Assembly: GCA_963766735.1 (NCBI GenBank)
Contig: CAVYBU010000021.1
Coordinates: 53,565-117,564, forward strand
Source of the DNA: an uncultured Chloroflexia bacterium
GTDB lineage: Bacteria; Chloroflexota; Limnocylindria; Limnocylindrales; CSP1-4
Direction of reading: 5' to 3'
DNA: 64,000 nt
Below the pieces are notes generated by a model. That model saw nothing but the letters and a program-made list of their open reading frames with translations, searched no databases and was not told the DNA's origin. Positions 30,209 through 44,698 of this stretch are shown here, in pieces. The position numbers were made by a program, and so were the translations under genes. Position 1 is the stretch's first letter. Each line of letters opens with the position of its first letter.

Positions 30209-31921
30209 TCAGCAGTTGCTCTTGTCGGCCGCGACGCGCTCCGCCCGAAGGTCCTTCCGCAGGACCTTGCCGATCATCGTCTTGGGCAGCTCGCTGCGGA
30301 TCTCGATCCCGGACGGGACCTTGAAGCGCGCGAGGTTGGCCCGGCAATGGTCGAGCAGCTCCGGCACCGTCGTGGTGGCGCCTTCGTTCAGCACCACGAA
30401 CGCGAAGGGCACCTCGCCCAGGCGCTCCTCCGGGACGCCGATCACCGCGGCATCGCAAACCGCCGCGTGGCACATGAGGACGTCCTCAACCTCGCGCGGG
30501 TAGACGTTGATGCCGCCCACGATGATGAGGTCCTTGGCACGGTCCACGATGGTGAAGAAGCCGTCGTTGTCCATGGTGGCGATGTCGCCCGTCCGCAGCC
30601 ACCCATCCCGGAGCACCGCGGCGGTCTCCTCGGGTCGGTGCCAGTAGCCGGCCATCACCTGTGGTCCTCGGACCTCCAGCTCGCCCGTCTCGCCGACGGC
30701 GACCGGTGCCCCCGTCTGCGAGTCGATCACCCGGGCGTCCGTCGAGGGGAACGGGAGGCCGATCGTGCCGTTCCGCCGGTCGCCGCGGATCGGGTTGCAG
30801 TGCGTCACCGGGGAGGCCTCCGTCAGGCCGTAGCCCTCGCACACCCGCCCGTGGGTGATCTCCTCGAAGGAGCGCTGCACCTCGAGCCCCAGGGGTGCCG
30901 CGCCGCTGATGCAGGCATCGATGCTCGAGAGGTCGTACTTCTCGACGCCGGGATAGCGGGCAAGCGTCTGGTACATCGTCGGCGCCCCGGGGAAGAGCCG
31001 CGGGTGATGCTTGGCCGCCGTCTTGAGCACCTGGTGGGGGTCGAACCGCGGCAGCAGGAGCAGGGTTCCGCCCGTGAGCATCGCGTAGTTCAGGTCGACG
31101 GTGAGCCCGTAGATGTGGAACAGAGGCAACGGGCAGAGCATGACCGGTGGGCCGTCGTCGGTGGCGGTGGGGAACCAGGCCGCAACCTGGCACGCGTTGG
31201 CGACCAGGTTGCGGTGCGTGAGCATCGCCGTCTTGGGAGTTCCCGTCGTGCCGCCCGTCGGCTGCAGCACGGCCAGGTCGTCCGATGTCGCCCTGGATTC
31301 CACTGCCTCGGCCGAGGCCTCGGCAAGGAGCCGGAACAGGTTGGGTGTCTCGTCGTTGTGCGGCTGCGGATTCCAGCGCCCCTCGCGGCGCGCCTTGATC
31401 GGGTAGAGCCAGCGAATCGGGACGGGCAACGAGTCCTGGATGCCGGTGACGATCAGGCGGCCCGGCCGCCCGCCTCCGTCGCTCGCGACCTTGCGCATCC
31501 GGGGAACCAGCACGTCCATCGTCACTGACACCGCGGGAGCCGTGTCGGTGAACAGGATCTTCAGCTCCCGCTCCACGTAGAGCGGGTTCATCGGCACCGC
31601 CACAGCGCCTGCCCGCAGGGTGCCCATCAGGGCAATCACGAATGCCGGGGTTGTCGGCAGGTGGATGCTGACCCGGTCTCCCTTCTCGACGTCCATCGCC
31701 CGCAGGACATGGGCGAAGCGATCCGCCGCCTGGTCCAGCTCCGCGTATGACGTGAGGGCGCCCAGGAAGTTCAGCGCCGTGTGGTCGGGTGCCCGTCTGG
31801 CGGCTTCGCGGAGGAGACCGTCGACGGGGATCGTGGGGATTTCGATCTCCGCGGCGACGCCGCGCTCGTAGTGGGCGATCCAGGGACGCTCTGGGGGAGC
31901 CATCGGCATGACCGCATTCAT
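30209..31921 (-). CDS. Long-chain-fatty-acid--CoA ligase
   Basis: LQPTGGTTGTPK, EGYGLTEASP, WLRTGD and ELPKTMIGK. Confidence 0.93.
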   Translation of the reverse strand: MNAVMPMAPPERPWIAHYERGVAAEIEIPTIPVDGLLREAARRAPDHTALNFLGALTSYAELDQAADRFAHVLRAMDVEKGDRVSIHLPTTPAFVIALMGTLRAGAVAVPMNPLYVERELKILFTDTAPAVSVTMDVLVPRMRKVASDGGGRPGRLIVTGIQDSLPVPIRWLYPIKARREGRWNPQPHNDETPNLFRLLAEASAEAVESRATSDDLAVLQPTGGTTGTPKTAMLTHRNLVANACQVAAWFPTATDDGPPVMLCPLPLFHIYGLTVDLNYAMLTGGTLLLLPRFDPHQVLKTAAKHHPRLFPGAPTMYQTLARYPGVEKYDLSSIDACISGAAPLGLEVQRSFEEITHGRVCEGYGLTEASPVTHCNPIRGDRRNGTIGLPFPSTDARVIDSQTGAPVAVGETGELEVRGPQVMAGYWHRPEETAAVLRDGWLRTGDIATMDNDGFFTIVDRAKDLIIVGGINVYPREVEDVLMCHAAVCDAAVIGVPEERLGEVPFAFVVLNEGATTTVPELLDHCRANLARFKVPSGIEIRSELPKTMIGKVLRKDLRAERVAADKSNC

Positions 31922-31946
31922 CGTGAACCCTCCTTGCCCATTGACG

Positions 31947-33707
31947 TCAGATCGGATAGGCGACCCGCTCGACAACGGCCGCGGCCACGCGCCTGGCGAT
32001 CGCGATCTGGTCGACCGGGTCCCCGCGTAGCAGGCGGCGGATGCCCGCGACCAGGGTGCGCGCCTCATCCCCGTCGGCGATGCCCGCCGCCAGGCGCTTG
32101 GCACGCTGCTCGCCCGAACCGGCCCGCTCCGCCACGACGAGTCGTGCCAGGTCGTGATGGCGCGGATCGGCCGCCGCTTTCGCGCGCTCGACAGCGCTTT
32201 CCATGGCGAACAGGTCGATCGCCAGGTCCGCGATGCCGCTGAGCACCTCCTGCTCCTGGTCCAGTTGGGTGCCGTGGCGCTGTACCGCGGCCCCGGCGAG
32301 CAGCAGGGTCACGGTGCGCATGGCGGCGACGGTTGCCTCCTCGGCGGCCAGCACCCCGTCGAAGCTCGGCAGGTCACCCCCCATGAGAGTCTCCTGGGCC
32401 CGTCGTGCGGGACCCAGCAGGTCGAGCCGCCCGGCCATCGCCCGCTTGAGGAGGGTGCCCGGCACCAGGAGCCGGTTCACCTCGTTGGTGCCCTCCCAGA
32501 TGCGATGGATGCGGGCGTCGCGGTAGGCGGTCGAGGCTGGGTAGGCGTCGATGTAGCCGTAGCCGCCGTGCACCTGGACCAGCTCGTCCACGACGTAGCC
32601 AAGCTCCTCGCTGGCGAGGACCTTGGCGATGCTGCACTCGACCGCATATTCCTCCAGCGCGGCGCGGATCGCGACCGCAGACGAAGCGTCCTCGGCCGCG
32701 GCGAGCCTGGCGTCGAGCAGGCCCCCGATCCGGTACACGACCGACTCCACCGCGTAGGTGCGGGTCGCCATCGCCGCCAGCTTGGCGCCGATGAGCGGGA
32801 AGTCGACCAGCCTGCGTCCGAATGCCATCCGCTCGCAGGCGTATTGCGTCGCGACCCCGACCGCCGGACGCATGCCGCCCAGGCACGCGGCCGCGAGCTT
32901 GAAGCGACCGACGTTGAGGACGTTGAAGGCCACGCGATGGCCCTTGCCCTCCTCGCCCAGCAGGTTCTCCGCCGGGACCACCACTCCGTCGAGGACCAAG
33001 GGGCACGTGGAGGCGCCGTGGAGGCCCATCTTCTGCTCTTCGATGCCGACCGAGAGCCCCGGCGTGTCGCGCTCGACCAGGAACGCGGTGAACTGCTCGC
33101 CGTCGATCTTGGCGTAGACGGTGAACAGGTCCGCGAAGCCCGAGTTGGTGATGAACTGCTTCGTCCCGTCGAGCCGCCACGACCCATCGGCCTGGCGGGT
33201 TGCGCGAGTGCGGATCGCCATCGCGTCCGACCCGGCCGAGGGCTCCGTCAGCGCGTACGCGCCGACCGTGGTTCCCGCCGCCAGACCGGGCAGGTAGCGG
33301 CTCTTCTGGGAGTCGGTCCCGAAGAAGACGATGGGCAGCGTGCCGATCCCGGAGTGGGCGGCATAGGTGACGGCAAACGAGCCTGCCCCCGCGATCCCCT
33401 CGTTGACGACCAGGGAGGTGATCCGATCGAGGCCCGCCCCGCCGTATTCCTCCGGGACATCGATCCCGAGGAACCCGTCGCTCCCCATGCGCTCCAGCAG
33501 CCGGCGGTGCGTCGCGTAGTCACGCGCCTCGACGGCATCGCGCCGGGGATCGACCTCTCGATCGACGAAGGCCTTCACGGAGTCCCGGATTGCACGATGC
33601 TCGCTGCTCAGCTGCTCGGGGGTGAAGATGCCCTGCGGCCCCAGCGGACCGGTGAGGAACGCGCCCCCCGGCACGCTGACGGCGCGATCCTGCAGCTCGG
33701 TGGTCAT
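31947..33707 (-). CDS. fadE: Acyl-CoA dehydrogenase (FadE-like)
   Basis: PEEYGG, AYALTEPSAGSDA, EEQKMG, VQVHGGYGY and IWEGTNEVNR. Confidence 0.92.
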   Translation of the reverse strand: MTTELQDRAVSVPGGAFLTGPLGPQGIFTPEQLSSEHRAIRDSVKAFVDREVDPRRDAVEARDYATHRRLLERMGSDGFLGIDVPEEYGGAGLDRITSLVVNEGIAGAGSFAVTYAAHSGIGTLPIVFFGTDSQKSRYLPGLAAGTTVGAYALTEPSAGSDAMAIRTRATRQADGSWRLDGTKQFITNSGFADLFTVYAKIDGEQFTAFLVERDTPGLSVGIEEQKMGLHGASTCPLVLDGVVVPAENLLGEEGKGHRVAFNVLNVGRFKLAAACLGGMRPAVGVATQYACERMAFGRRLVDFPLIGAKLAAMATRTYAVESVVYRIGGLLDARLAAAEDASSAVAIRAALEEYAVECSIAKVLASEELGYVVDELVQVHGGYGYIDAYPASTAYRDARIHRIWEGTNEVNRLLVPGTLLKRAMAGRLDLLGPARRAQETLMGGDLPSFDGVLAAEEATVAAMRTVTLLLAGAAVQRHGTQLDQEQEVLSGIADLAIDLFAMESAVERAKAAADPRHHDLARLVVAERAGSGEQRAKRLAAGIADGDEARTLVAGIRRLLRGDPVDQIAIARRVAAAVVERVAYPI

Positions 33708-34954
33708 GCCGCCCGTCCTTCCGTCGTGTTCTGCGGGCCTGACGGGTCGATCACCGCCGCCTGTCGGCCGCCCAGCCATTCGATCACTCCTGCCGCACCC
33801 TGCCCCCCGCCCACGCACATCGTCACCAGCCCGTAGCGCGCCTGCCGGCGCGCCAGCTCGGACAGGATCTGGACCGTGAGCTTGGCCCCGGTCGCACCGA
33901 GGGGATGGCCGAGCGCGATTGCGCCGCCGTTGACGTTGGTGCGCTCAGGGTCAAGCTCCAGGAGGCGAACCACTGCCACTACCTGCGCCGCGAAGGCCTC
34001 GTTGAGCTCGATCAGGTCGATGTCGGCGAGCGCGATGTCCGCCTTGCGGAGCGCCTTGGGCACCGCGTCGACCGGCCCGATCCCCATCAGCGCGGGATCC
34101 ACCCCGGCGGTGGCAAAGCTGACCAGGCGTCCGAGCGGCTCGAGGCCCAGCTGCGCTGCGCGCTCCGCGGTCATGACGACGAGCGCCGAGGCACCGTCGC
34201 TCAGCGGGCTCGAGTTGCCGGCCGTCACCGTTCCACCCGTCGCAAAGACCGGCTTCAGCGCGGCCATCCGCACGGGATCGGCGTCGTGCCGGATCGCTTC
34301 GTCGGTCTCGAACCGCTCCTCCCGCACGGCGGGCCGTCCGTCGTCGTCCACCTCGGTCAGGCGCACCTGCACCGGGACGATCTCCTCGCGGAAGCGTCCC
34401 TCCCGCTGTGCTGCCGACGCGCGCTCGTGCGAGCGCAGCCCCCAGGCGTCCTGATCGTCGCGGGTCACGCCGTAGCGCGCCGCGACGTTCTCCGCGGTGA
34501 GCCCCATCGAGACGTACGCCTCCGGTCGGGCATCGGTGAGCGAGGGCTCGGGTGCGAACCGGTGTCCGATCATGGGCACGAAGCTCATGGACTCCATGCC
34601 GCCGGCGACCACGACGTCGTGCACCCCGGTGCTGACGGCGGCGCTGGCGAGCGCGAGGGCCTGGAGGCCCGACGCACAGAAGCGGTTGATCGTCATCGCG
34701 CTCGCGCTGTCGGGGATCCCGGCCCCCAGCACCACCTGGCGCGCGATGTTGAGACCCTGGGCGCCTTCCGGCATCGCGCAGCCGAGGACCAGGTCCTCGA
34801 CCTCGGCCGGGTCGAGCCCCGGGGCCCGAGCCAGCGCCTCGCGGACGGCGATCATGGCGAGAATTGCGGGCGACGTCTCGCGCAGCGTGCCACGCGGAGC
34901 CCGGCCGACCGCGGTCCGCACGGCGGAGACGATGACAGCGTCACGCATCGGCAT
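33704..34954 (-). CDS. fadA: Acetyl-CoA C-acyltransferase (thiolase)
   Basis: NRFCASGL, NEAFA, GGAIALGHPLGATG and TMCVGGGQG. Confidence 0.94.
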   Translation of the reverse strand: MPMRDAVIVSAVRTAVGRAPRGTLRETSPAILAMIAVREALARAPGLDPAEVEDLVLGCAMPEGAQGLNIARQVVLGAGIPDSASAMTINRFCASGLQALALASAAVSTGVHDVVVAGGMESMSFVPMIGHRFAPEPSLTDARPEAYVSMGLTAENVAARYGVTRDDQDAWGLRSHERASAAQREGRFREEIVPVQVRLTEVDDDGRPAVREERFETDEAIRHDADPVRMAALKPVFATGGTVTAGNSSPLSDGASALVVMTAERAAQLGLEPLGRLVSFATAGVDPALMGIGPVDAVPKALRKADIALADIDLIELNEAFAAQVVAVVRLLELDPERTNVNGGAIALGHPLGATGAKLTVQILSELARRQARYGLVTMCVGGGQGAAGVIEWLGGRQAAVIDPSGPQNTTEGRAA

Positions 34955-34963
34955 GCGGACCTC

Positions 34964-37272
34964 CTAGTTGCGGAGCGGCTTGCCCGTCTTGAGGATGTGG
35001 CGAATTCGATCGCGGGTCAGGCGCTCGCCGAGCAGCCGCAGGAATGCCTCGCGTTCGAGGTCGAGCAGGTGCGACTCGCCGACGCGGGTCCCCTCGGCCA
35101 CGTCGCCGCCGCTCATCACGCGCGCGAGCTCGATGACGACGCGCCGGTCGTGCTCGCTGATCCGGCGCGCATGGAGCTGGTTGTAGCTGAGCGACTCGGC
35201 GGCGGCGATGCCCCTCCGGCCAAGGACCTGGATGGGAGCGGGCGCGGGGGGACGGTAGCCTCCGTCGGCCAGCGTGCGCGCGGTGCGGGCGGCATCGAGC
35301 CACTGGCGATCCGGGTCCGCGGTGAGCGGATCGCGGTCGTCGAGCAGCCACAGGGTGACCGCCTCGGCAGCGCTCATCGCGACCCTGGCGGTCGCGATCG
35401 TCGTGAACACGTGCTGGAAGCCGGGGAAGAGGTCAGCATCCACGCCGTCGGGCACGGACGCGGCAGCACGGCGCGCCATCGCCGTCGACCCGCCCCCGGC
35501 TGGGATGAGCCCGACGCCGACCTCCACGAGCCCGATGTACGTCTCGGTGAGCGCCTGGGCACGCGCCGCGGCAAGCACGATCTCGGCGCCGCCGCCGAGC
35601 GTCCGGCCGCGTGGGGCGACGACAACCGGAACAGCCGCGTACCGGATATCCGACGTCAGCGCCTGGAAGCCGCGGACGGCCCGGTCAAGCTCGCCCCATT
35701 CGCCGTCCTCGGCCTCGATGAGCAGGAGCGCCAGGTTGGCGCCGGCGCTGAAGTCGGCGGTGTCGGTGCCGATGACCAGCCCGTCGTAGCGCTCGACCGC
35801 GAGCGCCACCGCCCGGCGGAGCATCTCGATGGTGTCGATGCCGATGACGTTCATCTTGCCGTGCAGCTCCACGCCGAGGATGCCGTCCGCCAGCTCGATG
35901 ATGCTTGCGGCTGCCCCGGCCGGAAGCTCGCGGGCGCGCGCCTGCCTGCGCCGTTCGGCCAGGTCCACCGTCCCGGGCCGGCGGGGAGCGGCGTGAGCTC
36001 TTCGGCCCGGAAGCTCCAGGTCACGCCCTCTCCGGAGTAGTGGATCGGGGCTGTGACGCCCGCAGCATCGAGGAGGCTTCGAGCCGGTTCGCCCAGGCCG
36101 TCGATCGTCTCCAGCGGGCCGAGCTGCCAGCCGAAGCCCCAGCGCATGGCCGCGTCGACGCTCCACGCGTCGTCGGCCATGAGCGGAGCGACCGTGGCCG
36201 CGTAGACCAGCTCTCCGGAGATGGCACGGCGCAGGAGCTCGGCGGGCGCATCGCCACCGGCGAGCAGCAGGGCGAGCCGCTTCGACAGGTCGGTCTCCAT
36301 GCGCGCCATCTCGATCGCTCCGGACGCGATCCGGCGCCGTGGACGGTACTCCCCGGTCTCGAGGTCCAGCGCGAGGATCTCGCCGTCGGCCTCTCGCCGG
36401 AAGAAGCCGGCGCCCGTCTTGCTGCCCAGCGCACCGCGCTCGACCAGGCTCCGCAGGATCGGCGGGGGCAGGAACCCGTCACGATCGGGGTCGTCGGTCA
36501 GGCTCGTGTGGCAGTGCTCGGCGACCGCGAGGGCGACGTCGATGCCCACGAGGTCCAGGGTCCGGAACGTCGCGCTCTTGGGGCGCCCGATGAGCTCGCC
36601 CGTCAGCTCGTCCACCTCGTCGACGCCCAGGCCCAGCTCGCGGGCGAGACGGATCATCGTGAGCATGCCGTGGACGCCCAGCCGGTTGGCGATGAAGGCC
36701 GGCGTGTCCTTCGCGATGACCACGCCCTTGCCGAGCAGGAGGCCCGCGTAGCTGGCCAGGGCGGCCATCTCGGCCGCGCTGCTCTCGCCGTGCGGCACGA
36801 TCTCCAGGAGCCGTGCGTAGCGCGGCGGATTGAAGAAGTGGGTGCCGAAGAAGCGCCGCCGGAAGGCGTCGGAGCGACCCTCGGCCAATGTCCCAACGGG
36901 CAGGCCGCTGGTGTTGGTCGTGACGACGGGCGCCTCGCGGTCCACCGGCAGCGCCGCGTCGACGCGCTCGAGCAGCGCGCGCTTGGGCTCGAGACGCTCC
37001 ACGATTGCCTCGAGCACCCAGTCGGCCGCGGCAACCTCGCGCTCCAGCTCGTCGAACCCACCGGTCCGGATGCGGGCGAGATCAGCCGGTGAATAGGCGG
37101 GCGCTGGACGCAAGGCGACGGCACGGTCCAGCCCGGCGCGGGCGACCCCGGCATCGAGGTCGAGGAGAACCACCCGTGATCCGGCACCGGCGACCAGGCA
37201 CGCCAGCTGCGCGCCCATCGTCCCGGCACCAAGCACGACGACGCGTGGGTAGCGAGGGATCACGGCATTCAC
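34964..37272 (-). CDS. fadN: 3-hydroxyacyl-CoA dehydrogenase / enoyl-CoA hydratase (FadN-like; frameshift at ~35984)
   Basis: VLGAGTMG, TNTSG, HFFNPPRY and FIANRLG, then FSAGANL, LGGGAE and HILKTGKPLRN* in the adjacent frame. One missing C in a C-run joins the frames. Confidence 0.88.
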
Positions 37273-37928
37273 TCCCGTGCGGCGGGCTGAACCTGCGCTC
37301 CGGACCCATCGGGGCAGGGGCGGAGCCCGTCCATGAAGAGCTCGCAGAGCCGGTCTGCGATCGTGTCGACATCCAGCGGGCCGTCTGGACGGAACCACTG
37401 GGTGAACCAGTTGTTCACCGAGAGGATCCCGATCGCTGCCAGGCGCACGTCGATCGGCCGGAACGACCCGTCCGCGACGCCGGCGATGATCGCGTCGCGC
37501 CAGCGGGCCTCGTACGCGTCGCGGCGGGTGATCATCTCGCGGCGCCGCTCCGGCGACAGAGACCGCAGCTCGATCTGGATGAGGGAGAGCTCGTCGGCGT
37601 GGTCCGCGGCGACCCGCAGGTGCTCGCGGATGGCGAGGCGCAGTCGCTCAGGCGGGGGAGCGTCGGACTCCAGGACCGGGACGACTCGTCGCTCGAGGAG
37701 GTCGAACGCACGCGTCAACACCATCCACAGGAGGTCGTCCTTGCTGGCGATGTAGTGGTAGAGGCTGCCGCGGTTCATCCCGAGCGCCTCGCCCAGGTCC
37801 TGCATGCTGGTGGCGTGAAAGCCACGCGCCCGAAACAGGGTTGTCGCAGCGGCCAGGAGGTCGACCTCCCGCGGTCGCTGCTGCCCCTGCACCACCCGTG
37901 GGGAGCTGGCTGACGACTTCGCGAACAC
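37269..37928 (-). CDS. TetR family regulator (KstR2/PaaR-like) heading the beta-oxidation operon
   Basis: GFHATSMQDLGEALGMNRGSLYHYIASKDDLL and NWFTQWFRPDG. Its stop overlaps the fadN GTG. Confidence 0.9.
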   Translation of the reverse strand: MFAKSSASSPRVVQGQQRPREVDLLAAATTLFRARGFHATSMQDLGEALGMNRGSLYHYIASKDDLLWMVLTRAFDLLERRVVPVLESDAPPPERLRLAIREHLRVAADHADELSLIQIELRSLSPERRREMITRRDAYEARWRDAIIAGVADGSFRPIDVRLAAIGILSVNNWFTQWFRPDGPLDVDTIADRLCELFMDGLRPCPDGSGAQVQPAARE

Positions 37929-37942
37929 CGGCGCCTCATCAG

Positions 37943-37960
37943 ATCAAACGAACGTTTGAT
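37943..37960. promoter_or_regulatory. Perfect palindromic operator ATCAAACG-AA-CGTTTGAT
   Basis: Inverted repeat between the promoter and the TetR start codon. Confidence 0.75.
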
Positions 37961-37971
37961 TGATGCCCAAG

Positions 37972-38000
37972 ACGCTAGACGCGTGGCCGCCCTGTGTCAA
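37972..38000 (-). promoter_or_regulatory. Sigma-70 promoter TTGACA-N17-TAGCGT for the tetR-fad operon
   Basis: -35 at 38000-37995 and -10 at 37977-37972. Confidence 0.65.
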
Positions 38001-38274
38001 CCAGAATCGACCAGGCGGGACGGGCGGCGTCCCGGTCCCCGCGCGTGACCGAGGCGTGTCCGGCGTCCGGGGGGACTGCCCGAATGGCCCTTGCGACACC
38101 ACCGGCCGGGGCCGACCATGACACCATTCAGGACGCCCCCGGCGGGGGCCGGGTGCGTCCGAGTGGTCGATGACCCGCCGTCCGCGCCGTTGACGCCTGG
38201 GGATGGAGTTCCTGGGTGCCGGCGGCGTACGGAGGCGTGGCGCCGGCCCCACAGGTTGCGGAGGACGACGCTAC

Positions 38275-41736
<3,462 letters not shown>

Positions 41737-41775
41737 CACAGAACGGGACGGGGGGCGACCCCCGCGGTCCTCCAG

Positions 41776-41805
41776 GCGAGGCCCCGGCTCCGGCCGGGGC
41801 CTCGC
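41776..41805 (+). terminator. 13-bp perfect hairpin downstream of the nuclease gene
   Basis: GCGAGGCCCCGGC-tccg-GCCGGGGCCTCGC. Confidence 0.6.
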
Positions 41806-42006
41806 GCATTCGGCGAGGCGGGCTGGCGTCAGAAGCCGCGAGCGGCCCCGGGCGACGCGTCCCGGCCCCGGCACGCGCCCGCGGGGCATGGCCTGGATTG
41901 CGACCCAGCCCATGGAGCGGGGTTCCCGTCGGGGCCGCGGACAGGCACACTCACGGGGCGCGACCCGACCGGCGATCGCGCGAACCGGAGGACGAGCGAT
42001 GCGACG

Positions 42007-43080
42007 ATGACGGCGGCTGGGGATCGGGCGGCCAATGCGCGCGCCGCGACCGTCGCCTTCGAGCACGTCACGAAGACGTACCCGAGCGCCGGTCCGGGAG
42101 TGCCCGCGGCCGTCACCGACCTCTCCCTGACGGTGCCCGCCGGCCGGATCTGCGTGCTGGTCGGTCCGTCCGGGTGCGGCAAGACGACCACCCTCAAGAT
42201 GGTGAACAGGCTGATCGAGCCGACGTCAGGCCGGATCCTCATCGACGGGGCCGACGTTGCCGACGAGGATCCCACGGAGCTCCGGCGGCGGATCGGATAT
42301 GTCATCCAGCAGGTTGGTCTGTTCCCGCACCTCACCGTCGGCGAGAACATCGTGCTGGTCCCCGATCTCCTGGGCTGGTCGGCCGCGCGTCAGCGCGAGC
42401 GGGCGGACGAGCTCCTGGGGCTCATCGGCCTGGACGCTGCCCGCTACCGGTCCCGGTATCCGGCGCAGCTCTCCGGCGGTGAGAGGCAGCGCGTGGGCGT
42501 TGCGCGGGCCCTCGCGGCGGACCCGCCCGTGATGCTCATGGACGAGCCGTTCGGTGCGGTGGACCCCATCGTGCGGGATCGACTGCAGAACGAGCTGCTC
42601 CGCCTCCAGGACGAGATTGCCAAGACGATCCTGTTCGTCACCCACGACATCGACGAGGCGATCAAGCTCGGTGACCTGGTCGCGGTCATGGAGGTCGGAG
42701 GACGGCTCGCGCGGTTCGGGCCGCCCGAGGACATCCTTGCCGATCCGGGCTCCGCCTTCGTGGAGCGCTTCGTGGGTGTCGATCGCGGCCTGAAGCGTTT
42801 GTCGCGCACCAGGGTGGGAGACCTGGTCCTGGATCCGGTCGCCGGTGACGGGGGGCGGATGCCTGATTCCGGGTCGCCCGTCGAGGGCGGGGCGCCGACG
42901 CCCGCCGGTGGCGTGACGCTCGAGGAGCGGACCACGCTCAAGGACGCCCTCTCGATCATGCTCAGCGCTGGGGTGGACGCCGCGGTGGTCACCGACGGCG
43001 CGGGGCGTCCGATCGGCACGTTGACGGTGGCGGCCATCGCCGCGCGGATGCGCGAGGGCGCCGACGGACGGAGCCGGGTC
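42007..43080 (+). CDS. Osmoprotectant ABC transporter ATP-binding subunit (reads in-frame into the permease as given)
   Basis: GPSGCGKTT, IGYVIQQVGLFPH, LSGGERQR, LMDEPFGAVDP and FVTHD, plus a reduced CBS-like tail. Confidence 0.88.
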
Positions 43081-43752
43081 GTGACCGGCGACCGGCCGCT
43101 CATCGACTGGGGGTGGATCGCCGGCCACCTCCCGATGATCGGCGCGGCGACGCTTCAGCACCTGGTCATCGCAGCGATCGCGGTGGCGGTGGGGTTCGCG
43201 ATCAGCCTCGGCGTCGCGCTATGGGCGCGTCGCGATCGGAGGGTCTACGGCCCGGCCACGGCCATCTCGGGAATTCTCTACACGATCCCGAGCCTCGCGC
43301 TGTTCGCCCTGCTCGTGCCGTTCACGGGCCTGTCGCTCCTCACGGTCGAGATCCCCCTCGTCATGTACACGCTCCTCATCCTCATCCGGAACATCGTCGC
43401 CGGGCTGGACGCCGTGCCGGCCGAGGTGGGTGAGGCGGCGACCGGGATGGGCCTCACGGGCCGGGCGAGGCTGCGCCGTGTGGATCTCCCGCTCGCGATG
43501 CCGCTCATCTTCGCCGGGCTCCGGCTGGCCGCCGTGTCAACGATCGGGCTCGTGACGGTGGGCGCGCTGATCGGCGACGCCTACGGCGGGCTTGGTGTCC
43601 TGATCAACGAGGGGCTGCAGACGTTCTTCCCCACCAAGGTGTACGTCGGCGCCGTCCTCTCGATCGCCCTTGCCCTCGGGGCTGATGTCGCGCTGGTCCG
43701 TGCCCAGCGGCTCGCGACGCCGTGGACGCGCGCCCGCGAGTCGGACGGCTAG
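43081..43752 (+). CDS. Osmoprotectant ABC transporter permease
   Basis: GTG at 43081 after GGAG. Motifs LYTIPSLALF, EAATGMG and LAMPLIFAGLR. Confidence 0.85.
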   Translation: MTGDRPLIDWGWIAGHLPMIGAATLQHLVIAAIAVAVGFAISLGVALWARRDRRVYGPATAISGILYTIPSLALFALLVPFTGLSLLTVEIPLVMYTLLILIRNIVAGLDAVPAEVGEAATGMGLTGRARLRRVDLPLAMPLIFAGLRLAAVSTIGLVTVGALIGDAYGGLGVLINEGLQTFFPTKVYVGAVLSIALALGADVALVRAQRLATPWTRARESDG

Positions 43753-43755
43753 GCC

Positions 43756-44517
43756 ATGAACGAGATCCTCTCGACGGTCGCCTGGCTGGCGGATCCGGCC
43801 CACTGGCAGGGCCCGGACGGGATCCCGGTCCGCCTCCTGCAGCACCTGGTCATCTGTCTTGCAGCGCTCGTCGTCGCAGCCGTGATCGCGCTGCCGATCG
43901 GCCTGTGGACCGGGCATACGGGGCGTGGGGGGCAGCTCGCGGTGAGCGCGGCGAACGTCGGGCGGGCGGTCCCGTCCTATGCGGTGCTCGTCATGGTCCT
44001 GCCCATCTCCCTGAGCCTCAGCCCCGCCTATGGCCTCGACGTGATCCCGACGTTCGTCGCGATGACGCTGCTGGCCATCCCCGCGATCCTGGTGAACGCA
44101 TACGCCGGCCTGCGTGAGGTGGACCGCGACCTGGTCGAGGCCGCACGGGGAGTGGGCATGCGGGAGCGCCAGGTGCTCACGCGAGTGGAGCTGCCGCTCG
44201 CGCTGCCGGTCATCCTCGGCGGGCTGCGGACGGCGTCGGTCCAGGTGATCGCGACCGCCACGCTGGGAGCGGTCGTCGCGTACGGCGGGTTCGGCCGCTA
44301 CATCGTGGATGGCATCGCCCGCAATGAGGACGATCGGCTGCTCGCGGGCGTCGTTCTCGTCGCGGGGCTGGCGATCACGACCGAGCTCGTCTTCGAGTGG
44401 CTGCAGCGTCGCATGTCACCGCCGGGCTTTGGAGACGCCTCACCGGCGGGGCCGGGAGGTGTGGCCTCCGACGAGCTCGAGCTGGGACTGCCCGCCGCGA
44501 CACCCGCCGCCGGCTAG
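43756..44517 (+). CDS. Osmoprotectant ABC transporter permease
   Basis: GRAVPS, EAARGVGM and ELPLALPVILGGLR. Confidence 0.9.
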   Translation: MNEILSTVAWLADPAHWQGPDGIPVRLLQHLVICLAALVVAAVIALPIGLWTGHTGRGGQLAVSAANVGRAVPSYAVLVMVLPISLSLSPAYGLDVIPTFVAMTLLAIPAILVNAYAGLREVDRDLVEAARGVGMRERQVLTRVELPLALPVILGGLRTASVQVIATATLGAVVAYGGFGRYIVDGIARNEDDRLLAGVVLVAGLAITTELVFEWLQRRMSPPGFGDASPAGPGGVASDELELGLPAATPAAG

Positions 44518-44698
44518 GGTTGCCTCTGCGCCGAGATCGGCACGGCGAGCGGGTTCTCGGGCAGCGCGGGCGGCTCCGGCGGCTCCGGTTGTGCGGCGGC
44601 TCCGGTAGTGCGGGAGGCTCCGGCGCGCCGATGGTATGGTCGCCGGAGCGACGCCACCCCGCCCGGGGTGTGCTCGGAACACGGGAGAGGACTACCCA

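Noticed and set aside
35975-35995. Programmed ribosomal frameshift in fadN (and the other split genes)
   Set aside because: There is no canonical slippery heptamer, and homopolymer sequencing error is the simpler explanation.
44569-44625. Four GGCTCCGG copies between the permease and binding-protein genes
   Set aside because: They are short, GC-rich and irregularly spaced, so I cannot distinguish them from low-complexity sequence.
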